64,000 nucleotides of DNA. It comes from a virus. Location of the stretch: the IMG/VR virus record IMGVR_UViG_3300045988_152944; one strand, given 5' to 3'. The notes under the pieces were generated by a model. It did not search any database, was not told the origin of the DNA, and saw nothing but the letters and a program-made list of their open reading frames with translations. Shown here one piece after another: positions 18,333 to 27,362 of this stretch. Each line of letters begins with the position of its first letter. Within the stretch, counting starts at the first letter, position 1. Made by a program: the position numbers and the translations under genes.

Positions 18333-19568
18333 TTATTCCTGAATGTCTAAGTTAATACTATGATGCAACACGTTGTCACCATCAAAGATTAACAGGGTTT
18401 GGCCTGGTTTGCCAAACAGGCGTTTGCTAAACGCATATTGATCTACGCCAACAATACTGCCATTTACATAAACTTTGAAATTGTTGAACGTTTTAAGTTT
18501 TTCACAATGATAATGGCCGACAAAAGCATAATCTACCACTATCCCAGTGTAAGCAGTCATATTTTGGAAAAGCGTTGTAATATTATCATGGTGCCCATGA
18601 ACAAACACGCCGGTCTTCCCGTTTTGGAAATTAATCATACCAATTTCCTGATCGAGAACATTTTCCTCAAAAGTAATGTTCGTGTCTCTCAACCTTTCTT
18701 TTAAATAGAAAGTAATAAGCTTACCATAATTTTCAGCCTCAATACTTTCTTTAAGAGAAGGCGTCATTCGTGAATGATTATCGGTAACAGAATAATATCT
18801 CACATCTGGTGCAGCAGCCTGCAGTTGATTGAGCGTGTCTGCAATAAGCTCAGATGCAACCATGATTTGTTCAACAACATCGATTTGTTGCTCCAATCTT
18901 GCACTTGTGTGAATATGCCCTTGGCAATAATCACCAAGTCCTAAAATATTTAATCTTTGAACATTGTTGTTTACACAATATCTAATTACATCTTGGATTA
19001 GTTTATTTACTCTTTTGCGAGCAATAGTAATATTATATTTATTATAATAATTATCAATCTCTACCCCAATATGTAAGTCCGACAACATTAAAACCGCTTC
19101 TGTGTAAGTATTTCCAACCGGATGATACACAACTTTGGGAAGTTTGGTAATATCCACAACCAACTCTTTCATCAAAGCTTTAAAATCATCCAAACGCGCT
19201 TCTTCTCTCATCATTCTTCGATAAGCATTTAAAGAATCGCGTGTTTTTACTTGTTGTTTATACAAATCTTGAATTTGTCCTTGGATTTCGTCTTCCATTT
19301 CTTGGGTAGACAAATCTTCAACTGTTTTATTAGATAATAATTTTGAATTTCGAGGTAATTCGCCGGTGCGTGCAAGTTTTTGCTTTACCCAACAACGATA
19401 GTTTTCACCCGTTGTAAAAGGCATTCCTAACATCTCGTTCAGGGCACTCCAGTTTTTTACTCCCAATGGTAACTCTTTATGGGTTACCCCTATTTCAAAC
19501 AAATCGTCCTCAGTTAAGTTTTCTTCATTAAACTTTTTGAGGAACTCTAAAAAGTCGGTTTGAGTCAT
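18333..19568 (-). CDS. calcineurin-like metallophosphoesterase
   Basis: Motifs LSDLHIG, GLGDYCQG, GHHDN and VGHYH appear in canonical order. Confidence 0.65.
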   Translation of the reverse strand: MTQTDFLEFLKKFNEENLTEDDLFEIGVTHKELPLGVKNWSALNEMLGMPFTTGENYRCWVKQKLARTGELPRNSKLLSNKTVEDLSTQEMEDEIQGQIQDLYKQQVKTRDSLNAYRRMMREEARLDDFKALMKELVVDITKLPKVVYHPVGNTYTEAVLMLSDLHIGVEIDNYYNKYNITIARKRVNKLIQDVIRYCVNNNVQRLNILGLGDYCQGHIHTSARLEQQIDVVEQIMVASELIADTLNQLQAAAPDVRYYSVTDNHSRMTPSLKESIEAENYGKLITFYLKERLRDTNITFEENVLDQEIGMINFQNGKTGVFVHGHHDNITTLFQNMTAYTGIVVDYAFVGHYHCEKLKTFNNFKVYVNGSIVGVDQYAFSKRLFGKPGQTLLIFDGDNVLHHSINLDIQE

Positions 19569-19578
19569 GTATTTCTCC

Positions 19579-19760
19579 TTTTGCTTCTAGATAGTTCATT
19601 GAACTTCTCACGACTAAAGTCGTGAGATTCTTGGGAACTTCCGACCACTGCCGGAATATTTACCAAGCTAACCCCGTCGTCCCAACGGTTGTTTATATTT
19701 AGGCTAATTGTTTAAGCCCTTCATTAAGAATATTTATCGCCGCATTAACATCTCTATCAT
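19579..19760 (-). ncRNA. candidate TnpB omega/reRNA (overlaps the tnpB 3' end, extends about 100 nt downstream; guide expected at the low-coordinate end)
   Basis: Canonical position for a TnpB guide RNA. Hairpin CTCACGAC-TAAA-GTCGTGAG at 19607..19626. GTTCAA at 19599..19604 resembles the IS605-family TCAA right-end motif. Ends are approximate. Confidence 0.5.
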
Positions 19761-20796
19761 GATGAGTGTGACAAACGGGGCAATCCCATTCTCTGACTTT
19801 TAGGTCTTTTGTCTCAGTGTTCTTATATCCACAAACGCTACAAGTCTGCGAACTCGGGAAGAATTTGTCAACTTTAATAACCATTCTTCCATACCAACGT
19901 GCTTTATACTCCAACTCTCTTACAAATTCTGACCAAGAAACATCATTGATTGCTTGCGCGAGTTTGTGATTTTTAACCATATTTTTTATTTGCAAATCTT
20001 CAAGACAAATCACATCATTTTCTCGAATGATAACTGTTGAGAGTTTTTGTAGAAAATCTTTACGTTGATTTGAAATTTTCTCATGCAATCTCGCGACTTT
20101 TATTCTTGCTTTGTTACGGTTAGAACCATCTTTTGATTTTCGAGATAATTCTTTTTGTAACTTTGCAAGTTTATTTAACGAGTTTTTGAGATATTTCGGA
20201 TTATTGACAACCTCACCATCGCTCGTGATACAAAACTCTTTAAGACCCAGGTCTATGCCGACCACATTGTTTGTAATCGGCAATGGTTGTATATCCACAT
20301 CCACACAGCACAACGAAACGTAGTATTTTCCGCTGGGCTCTTGTGAAACCGTCGCGTTTACTATTCTACCTTGTGGTACCAACTTGTTTTTCGTTTTTAC
20401 CAATCCAAGTTTTGGAAGTTGAATGTAACCGCCAAGATATTTTATGGTGCCATTCCTATATTTAGAGTTGTAAGAATATTTATGAGTTTTCTTACTTTTG
20501 AAATTTGGAAACCCAGCGTGTTCTTTAAAGAACTTTTTATAAGCATTGTCTAAATCTTTGAGAGAAGATTGAAGAGCAGTGGAATCAACTTCTGTAAGCC
20601 ATTCAAGTTCAGCTTTTAGTTTAGTCATCGCTTTCGAACATTGAACGTAAGTTATATTTTTCTTTTCGGTTTTATATAATTCAATCTTTTCAGCAAGATA
20701 CTTGTTATATACAAATCGGCAACAACCAAATGTTTTTGCAATTATTTCTTTCTGCTTTTCGTTTGGATATATACGATATTTATAAGATTTTTCCAC
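19699..20796 (-). CDS. tnpB: TnpB RNA-guided endonuclease (IS605 OrfB family)
   Basis: [16 protein letters not shown]-terminus; RuvC-I GIDLGLK; RuvC-II E in ICLEDL; zinc finger CSVCGY..CPVCH; Ruv[14 protein letters not shown]. The start is GTG with AAAGGAGG upstream. Confidence 0.9.
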   Translation of the reverse strand: MEKSYKYRIYPNEKQKEIIAKTFGCCRFVYNKYLAEKIELYKTEKKNITYVQCSKAMTKLKAELEWLTEVDSTALQSSLKDLDNAYKKFFKEHAGFPNFKSKKTHKYSYNSKYRNGTIKYLGGYIQLPKLGLVKTKNKLVPQGRIVNATVSQEPSGKYYVSLCCVDVDIQPLPITNNVVGIDLGLKEFCITSDGEVVNNPKYLKNSLNKLAKLQKELSRKSKDGSNRNKARIKVARLHEKISNQRKDFLQKLSTVIIRENDVICLEDLQIKNMVKNHKLAQAINDVSWSEFVRELEYKARWYGRMVIKVDKFFPSSQTCSVCGYKNTETKDLKVREWDCPVCHTHHDRDVNAAINILNEGLKQLA

Positions 20797-20888
20797 ACTC
20801 TTTACCTCCTTTTCTGATTTAATAAAACTATTATTTTACTCTTTCCATAGAATATTAGAACACCGTACCTTTCGACATCTACCACAAA

Positions 20889-21641
20889 TCAGATTTTTTT
20901 GGCCTGTCGAGAACGCCGTTTTAACTCGTTTTTACGCTGTGTTAATTCGGTTTTGTAACAATCGGGGCATAAATCCTTATATTTCTTTTTCCCCACGATA
21001 AACCTCTTACCACACGACCTACAAGTGCCACTATATTCGCTAAATTGGAAATCTGTCTTAACCGTTCCTTTATTATCAAAAAAATTTAATTCGATTACGT
21101 TCCCGTAAACAGGTTTCCCGTCTCTGAAATAAGCTTTCTGGTGCATAGTATATAAGTTGTATTGGGCATTCCACTTGTCCATTTGTAAAACTCTATATGG
21201 GCGACGTTGGCGGCGGGTACCTTTAATTAACCCTTCCCAAACTTCTTGGCTACAAAAAAATCCATCTGCTCGTCCAAAAGAGCGTTGGCACTCAACTAAA
21301 ATTCGCAAAAACTCTTTGTATTCTTTGTCTACATCTAAACCTTCAATAAAATTATATTCTTTTGCTGTTAGCCCATAAATATATTTTCTATTAAAGCCAT
21401 AATGTAACGCCTTCTCCCAAAATTTATCAAAATACTCACGAGTTTCTTCTTCACTAAAACACCCTACAACTTGTGGCGACTCTAGTTCCACCCAAATCTT
21501 ATAGGCGGTCTCTTTAGTCACCCCTTGCTCTTGCCAATATTGACAAAGGTGTGTTTGTTCGGTGTTAATACTACGTCGTGTGTTATAATATCCTTGTTTT
21601 AACACTGCTTCTGAATTTTTATTCCAGTCCAAAATTAACAT
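20889..21641 (-). CDS. hypothetical protein with a C-terminal zinc ribbon and basic tail
   Basis: CRSCGKRF..CPDCYK followed by RKNELKRRSRQAKKI; AAAAGGAG upstream. Confidence 0.55.
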   Translation of the reverse strand: MLILDWNKNSEAVLKQGYYNTRRSINTEQTHLCQYWQEQGVTKETAYKIWVELESPQVVGCFSEEETREYFDKFWEKALHYGFNRKYIYGLTAKEYNFIEGLDVDKEYKEFLRILVECQRSFGRADGFFCSQEVWEGLIKGTRRQRRPYRVLQMDKWNAQYNLYTMHQKAYFRDGKPVYGNVIELNFFDNKGTVKTDFQFSEYSGTCRSCGKRFIVGKKKYKDLCPDCYKTELTQRKNELKRRSRQAKKI

Positions 21642-21644
21642 AGG

Positions 21645-22226
21645 TTAACTCCTTTTCGCCACCGGTGTACGCAGTACAGCTAAGAATTCTTGTAAGGAAT
21701 AATCAAGGGCGAACAGCTCATCTTCATTTTCTCGCACGAACACCGGAAGTTTAAAACATAAGATCGGATTTTTACTACCAACCACTCTAAATTCTAATTT
21801 AAGCTTCACGGCCTGATGCACCAATTCTAAAAACTTCTTATGATCCTTCATCCCCAACAATTGCATAATTTGTGGCTCGTCGTATTTGATCCACCCTGAG
21901 TCGTGCCAAGTTGTTTTAGCCACATATATTAACACCCCAAACAAGGCTCGAACTTCCTCATTGCTAATATTTAATAAAAAGTTCCATTCGTCCTCATAAA
22001 CCACGAAAGTTGTGAATGTATTTTTGGTATCAAGAGGGGCCTTTAATAAACAGTCCACAATTTGTTCAAAACATTGGTTATTTAATTCAAACCCGCGTTC
22101 ACACTCAAGGAGAAATTCTCGTATAGAGCCGTCGGTCATACCTTCGGCTCTTAACGAACTAATAATTTTTACAACGCTGCTGCCTTTCTCGATCAATTTG
22201 TTACAAATTTGTTCTTCAACTGTCAT
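21645..22226 (-). CDS. hypothetical protein
   Basis: Start moved to the ATG at 22226, after GGAGGAG. Overlaps the end of RNAP exon 2 by 11 nt. Confidence 0.5.
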   Translation of the reverse strand: MTVEEQICNKLIEKGSSVVKIISSLRAEGMTDGSIREFLLECERGFELNNQCFEQIVDCLLKAPLDTKNTFTTFVVYEDEWNFLLNISNEEVRALFGVLIYVAKTTWHDSGWIKYDEPQIMQLLGMKDHKKFLELVHQAVKLKLEFRVVGSKNPILCFKLPVFVRENEDELFALDYSLQEFLAVLRTPVAKRS

Positions 22227-23456
22227 AGTCACAATCTCCTCCAAATAAGTTATCAGCATCGAAGTCAAAATCTAAATCTTGCCCCAAAATTTCTTCCCAC
22301 GCCGCTTGATTCCAATCGTCATCATCACACAACTCGCTGACGCGATCTTCGTGAATCACTTGTAAAGTGTATCGATTACCAAGGTATTCAAATCCAACTT
22401 CGTTTTTCACGGGAATTTGAACAATTCCACGAGGGATTAAATCTAACACGCTTTCGTCTAAAATGTCCCAAGCAAAATCCCAATTAAACTGTTTGTATTC
22501 TTTTGATAAACAATGGCAGTAATAAAGCAATTCTTTGCCACTGAACGACGAAGACTCAATCGCCTCTTGAATTTCCGTTCTGATAAATGTCATTGCCCCG
22601 AATCTGATTTCATCATATTCGTCACGATTCGGTAAATCAATATTATCAACAATACTCTCCAAGGTTTTTACTTGTTTACGCGCTGTATATTTGCGATACA
22701 AATCTTTAACAATAGCAAACCGTTCTTGATCAAATTCAAAACAATCCTCAAAGGTGGGCAACATACTTACCGCGTTTTTATTGAAATTAATATCAAAATC
22801 GACATTTTCAAATTCCTTACACAACACATTCATTATGCACGGTGCGGTGATTAGTGGCGAATACTTTTGATAACGGCGTACCAAATTCATCTCGTCTTCT
22901 GATTTATTAGGTTTGGTTAAAAGTTTTTTAAATTTAACACCAAACATATTTTTGGACGCCATATTATAACTGTTTTCGTATTGTTTAAATTGTTGATTTA
23001 GTTCGGGATATAAATATCTAAAGAAATATGGTTTTTTAGAAATAACCATCGAGTTTCTTTTATATTTATCAGCCTTAACCGCATCAGTGTCATCATCATT
23101 AATTCGGATGAATTTCTTCCACTCTTTCGGCAACTCCGGCGCGGCTGTTCCTTTAATTCGATCAATTTCTTGACCAACAATTTCTCGAAGTAATTTAATA
23201 CGCAATGTAAGTTCGTCTCTTTGCTCTTTTTGGGTGTCTTTTTGGAAAATTCCCTTCATCGCGTGCATTATTGTTGCGCAGTTAGAAAAACCTCCAACCC
23301 CAGTTCCCAATCCGCGAATATCAGTCGCGATTGAATTCTTTAAACAAATCTTTTGAACCGGCACCGCACCTTTCTCATATGTGATGACATTGTGCCATTT
23401 TTGCGCACCCTTGATAAAGATTTTATTATCCGTGGACATTACTACATCTCCGTCAA
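22216..23456 (-). CDS. YonO/RdRP-like single-chain RNA polymerase, exon 2
   Basis: The frame is open upstream of the annotated Met and reads ..VDGDVVMSTDNK. Joining it to exon 1 gives an in-frame 960-aa protein with a DFDGD motif. Confidence 0.6.
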
Positions 23457-23770
23457 CCTTTACACCCTCGGTTTCCCGATATTTCTTAGGGGAGTAGATT
23501 ATCTCATCAACTCATTTCCTGTTACCGTAGTGAGCTGCTCAGCGCTTTGAATGTTGGAGTTTCACCAACACCCTACTCTACTTGCTTACTTTCAAACATA
23601 TTTCTTGTTTGATACGCGTTCGATAATCGTTACACTTTCCTTATTAAAGGCTTAGCACGGTGTTCCCTACGCAGGTTCACCGTTAGCAGGATTTCATCCC
23701 ACACCTTGGATTTCCAAGTTCACTGAGTTATCATTCGATTGTCACCAACCGACGGACCCTGTATACGTTA
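23457..23770 (-). other. group I intron (314 nt, no internal ORF), probably td-like subgroup IA
   Basis: The 5' exon ends in U, which can wobble-pair in GACU/GGUC. The last intron nucleotide is G. Paired elements include ACGGUG/CACCGU, CCUU-UAAU-AAGG, GUUGG-N7-CCAAC and UCGG-GAAA-CCGA. Splicing restores the reading frame and the catalytic motif. Confidence 0.7.
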
Positions 23771-25412
23771 AGTCACTATCGGAGTGTCGTAATGTTGAAG
23801 TATCATATATACTGTAAATGATTCCACTCTTAATATATTGATACCAATAGTCCATATCTTCGGACGATACTACTTTACAAGGGTTGTGTTCGTGCGAATC
23901 AATCATCGGGCTTCGGCACAGGTCAACACAACCCACACTTCGCTGCCTCCAGAAATTTGAATACACTTGGTCAGGCCCAATTAACCCCACCGGTTCCAAC
24001 CCAAGCGCCGATTGACACTGTGCCACGGGATCAGAAATCATAAAACTATAATTTCCTCTCACCCATATCTTACCAATCTTCGCCTTGTTTATCGTCTCAG
24101 CAATATTGCGATATATTTTCTTCTGTACATGAGCGTCTTCCAACATTATCGGGTTTTTAATAATAGCCCTCAACGCCGTGCTTTGCGCCCCATTATACAA
24201 TTCTTTAAAACTGACTTGTTCACCCTTGCAACCCAACATATACAACATTGTATACAATTGGTCACCTGAACAAATCTTTTTAATCCAATCAATTGTCGGT
24301 TGAATCAATTCCAGAATATCATCCTTATTGATATCCAACACTTGCAGATATTGATAATTGGCCAGCACATATTCGTCATCGTACTTTTTATTATATCTCG
24401 CAACTCCCCACTGAATACCAGCCGCATCTACATACTTTTGATATTCATACCAAGATACATAATATTTATACATCTTGAATTGAGATTCACTCAATATAAC
24501 GTCAATATCCTCCAACCTATGTGAAATTCCCCACCGGTCACGAATTGAATCAATACCGTGTTCAGCTCCAAACTCTCGAAAATCAAACGGGACCAAACAC
24601 CCCTTCACAAAAACGCTACGAACAACGAACGACGACGGCGTATACGATAAATTCATATCTTCTGCCCACAGTGCCGCAAACTTAGGATCGACCAATCCCT
24701 GTCCATCAGCGCAATTCAACTCGATGTCCATAGTTCTTTCTTTAATCTGCTTCTTCCCGGTCTCAGGATTAGGGCAAATCCAATCCACCTGTTGGTCCTT
24801 CACCACATTAAAGAAATCCTTAACAACACACACTCTCGGCGTCCTCACCCACATAACACTCGAAAACGCCAACGCAAAATACGCATGATATTTCGCCAAA
24901 TTCATTTCTGAAATCTTGGTGTCCAACCCGCACATCAGATTTTTATACAGGGTGTCATAAAGAGCTTCATTAATAAAGGTAATAGTGTTGCGCCTCATTT
25001 GTCCCGAACCACAACAAAACCTCACATAATGAATACCGTTAACGTCAAATCCGTTCTTGGCCAATTCTTTATATTCTTTTTTGGTCACGACTTCAACGTT
25101 AACAATATCTTTAACAAACAACGCATCTGTCAAAAACCGATTAAGAATACCAGCTTCTTTGGTTCGTCCTTCTCTCTTCGCAGCTCTGATAGCGCGACGA
25201 AATTGTTGGACATCGTTAAAAATCTCTCGATGACTTCTGGTATCATTATAATATTTTCTGATTTGTTGAAAAACCAGATTATCACCAATTGATACCAGTG
25301 CCCCATCGCGAGCTGCCTTAGATTTTGAATAATTAACTATATTTAAGTTGTTCTCTACAATAAAACTAGATTTAAGTTTAAAAACTTGATATAGGTTTTG
25401 TAAATTAGGCAC
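23771..25412 (-). CDS. YonO/RdRP-like single-chain RNA polymerase, exon 1
   Basis: GTG start after AAGAGGAAG. Ends ..CRSPMIDSHEHNPCKVV..TLRHSDSD plus the first nucleotide of the Phe codon. Confidence 0.6.
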
Positions 25413-25414
25413 TC

Positions 25415-25963
25415 TTAATCTTCCTCTTTTTCGCGTTTAATAATATCTAGCAAATCATTCACCGTTTGTGTCAAATCTAAATTTGTCAAAACGTATTTGT
25501 TTTTATATTCCTTCTCGAACTCACAAAACTGGGCGTCTTCCGCAGCCATTCTCTTGTGGACAATTTCAACATCATCGCCTCGTTTCATCAAGAATCCACG
25601 TTGTACATCCGCAGGTACAGAAATCAAAACAGCCACAATTTTTAATGGGTGTTTGTGGAAGTTCCAATACTTCCACAAATCCCCAAGTCCTTTAGGATCG
25701 ATTATATAAAAATCACTATTTAATACTTGCGTAACTGTAGCAAAATATTCCACATCTCCAATTACAGTCTGTGCAATAATATCATCTTTATATTTATCCA
25801 CATCCTCAGGTTGTACAAAAATGTGGGTGTCACCTTCATTAACTCTCTTGGGACGTGTGGTATAAGAACACACTTTCTTCATTCCTGTCAGTTGGCACAC
25901 ACGATCAACGACCGTATCTTTCCCGGCGCCACTTCTGCCAAGTACACAAAATAATGTTTTCAT
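25415..25963 (-). CDS. P-loop nucleoside-monophosphate kinase (guanylate-kinase-like)
   Basis: GRSGAGKDT P-loop and SYTTRPKRVNEGDTHIFV, a GK-type TTRxxR..G..F segment. Confidence 0.6.
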   Translation of the reverse strand: MKTLFCVLGRSGAGKDTVVDRVCQLTGMKKVCSYTTRPKRVNEGDTHIFVQPEDVDKYKDDIIAQTVIGDVEYFATVTQVLNSDFYIIDPKGLGDLWKYWNFHKHPLKIVAVLISVPADVQRGFLMKRGDDVEIVHKRMAAEDAQFCEFEKEYKNKYVLTNLDLTQTVNDLLDIIKREKEED

Positions 25964-25964
25964 T

Positions 25965-26534
25965 TTACTCCTCGATAATCGACGAAGGTTTCCCTACAAG
26001 TTCAGGATAGTTGGCATAAAACTTTACCAACGCTTCCAAGTCTTTAAAGTTATGTATGATATAAAAATCATCCTCATTACCCTCAACATGATTACGTTGA
26101 TGGTTAACGTCGCCAGTAAACAACACAACCATATCAGCTAAATAATTAGCACACATACGATAATCGCTACCGACATATATAACCGAATCTCCAAAAAGAC
26201 GAATTTTTTCTATATCCGCTGCTGTTGCTGTTCTATAAGCTTCAGCATAACTTTCAATCTCGATAGTGAGCTTGCAGTTCTCCGCAAGTTCTGTGATGGT
26301 ATCAAGAAAATCTTCCGCACCTTCTCGAATCCACAAGTCGGGCACATTCAGACTTTTGATACAATTAATGATTTCGAAATCATGATCTTGACCACAGAAC
26401 GTTTGGAATTTGTTTTCGTAAAAATCGATTACAGAATAATTAGTGTTGTATTTTTCATTAAGTTTTTTGGTTATTGTCTCCGCACAATTAAAAATTACAT
26501 TGTCTTCTACAATTAGATGTAAGTGTTTGCTCAT
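25965..26534 (-). CDS. hypothetical protein, first gene of the leftward operon
   Basis: ORF track; weak SD. Confidence 0.5.
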   Translation of the reverse strand: MSKHLHLIVEDNVIFNCAETITKKLNEKYNTNYSVIDFYENKFQTFCGQDHDFEIINCIKSLNVPDLWIREGAEDFLDTITELAENCKLTIEIESYAEAYRTATAADIEKIRLFGDSVIYVGSDYRMCANYLADMVVLFTGDVNHQRNHVEGNEDDFYIIHNFKDLEALVKFYANYPELVGKPSSIIEE

Positions 26535-26608
26535 AGTAGTGTAGTTCCTTAGAAGTTATATAGATTCCCAAAGAAAGAGGATATTCTCTTTCTTCTTATT
26601 ATATTTAT

Positions 26609-26649
26609 ATTATAACACATATCATATTTAATATCAACCTATGATGACA
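26609..26649 (-). promoter_or_regulatory. sigma-A/sigma-70-type promoter (TGTCA-N7-TTGATA-N17-TATAAT) for the leftward operon
   Basis: -10 at 26609..26614, -35 at 26632..26637, TGTCA at 26645..26649 (minus strand). Confidence 0.7.
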
Positions 26650-26683
26650 TTTTTATAAAATTTTTAACATTTTTTAATTTTTC

Positions 26684-26724
26684 TGTCATTGTAGGTTGAC
26701 TTTTCTTTTCAAAGTTGTTATAAT
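26684..26724 (+). promoter_or_regulatory. promoter TGTCA-N7-TTGACT-N17-TATAAT pointing into the AT core
   Basis: -35 at 26696..26701, -10 at 26719..26724. Confidence 0.7.
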
Positions 26725-26879
26725 TTGGGTGGTGGGCGGGTATAGATAAGAAGATCTTTTTTATTTATATATAAATATATAATATATATTCTATAATTAT
26801 AACATATAATATGTTAAATATATATTAAAATATAATATAATAAAAAATAGTGATCTCATTCTCCCGACCACCCACCCCT

Positions 26880-26920
26880 ATTATACACAGAAAAATACCA
26901 TTTGTCAACTACCAATGACA
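26880..26920 (-). promoter_or_regulatory. promoter TGTCA-N7-TTGACA-N17-TATAAT, convergent with the 26684 promoter
   Basis: -10 at 26880..26885, -35 at 26903..26908 (minus strand). Confidence 0.7.
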
Positions 26921-26996
26921 GAAAATACAAAAAAATAAAAAAATATTTTCCACAAAGCAAAACTACCACGCATGCTCACAGAATCTTAAAGAATTA

Positions 26997-27037
26997 TGTC
27001 ATCTACGGTTGACTTTTGTTGGCACATAGTGTATAAT
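26997..27037 (+). promoter_or_regulatory. early rightward promoter TGTCA-N7-TTGACT-N17-TATAAT
   Basis: -35 at 27009..27014, -10 at 27032..27037. Confidence 0.75.
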
Positions 27038-27139
27038 ATTTATATATAAGATATAAAAGGAGTATAGTGATGTAACAATCCTAATTAAATAGAGCAACAA
27101 ATTCCAACCAAATAACCAACTATGCTATGATGAGGCTAC

Positions 27140-27337
27140 ATGACACGTAAATCTAATCCTACAACAACAACAGCAACCCCGCAACCACAAAAACCACCAA
27201 AATCCCAAACTCCGAATCCTCAACCTCCGACGACTCGACAATTGCCCCGCGCAATTATCCACAAAAAGAAGAAACCCAAAAATCTTCCGCCGGAACCAAT
27301 AACCGAAGATTCTTACATAGATCAAGTTATGAGTTAA
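27140..27337 (+). CDS. Pro/Thr/Lys/Gln-rich 65-aa ORF in a G-depleted leader; coding status uncertain
   Basis: ORF track; only a GAGG 4 nt before the ATG; low-complexity sequence. Confidence 0.3.
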   Translation: MTRKSNPTTTTATPQPQKPPKSQTPNPQPPTTRQLPRAIIHKKKKPKNLPPEPITEDSYIDQVMS

Positions 27338-27362
27338 ACGCCTAACCCCAAGGAGCAACCAA

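Larger units (their letters stand above)
19579..20888 (-). mobile_element. solo TnpB (IS605 OrfB / IS1341-like) element without tnpA
   Basis: tnpB plus its flanks exactly fill the gap between gene stop 20889 and gene start 19568. Boundaries are approximate. Confidence 0.6.
26682..26922. repeat. about 240-bp imperfect palindrome: two roughly 75-bp arms, each carrying a promoter and a G-run block, around a >90% A+T core
   Basis: Left arm ttctgtcattgtaggttgac..tataatttgggtggtgggcggg..gatc. The right arm read on the minus strand is ttctgtcattggtagttgac..tataataggggtgggtggtcggg..gatc. Confidence 0.8.

Noticed and set aside
19579-20888. Calling the TnpB locus (and the IscB locus) a complete IS200/IS605 insertion sequence
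   Set aside because: No Y1 transposase (TnpA) ORF is present. I could not identify convincing subterminal left-end or right-end hairpins or a target/TAM motif by eye. The loci are annotated only as solo OMEGA elements with approximate ends.
23353-23550. Plus-strand ORF inside or next to the intron, considered as a possible homing endonuclease
   Set aside because: It is on the wrong strand relative to the intron, has no SD and no LAGLIDADG, GIY-YIG or HNH motif. The intron appears ORF-less.
27125-27358. Minus-strand ORF with a CCCCC run opposite the early leader
   Set aside because: It is an artefact of translating the complement of a CA-rich, G-poor strand. It has no SD and runs against the early promoter.
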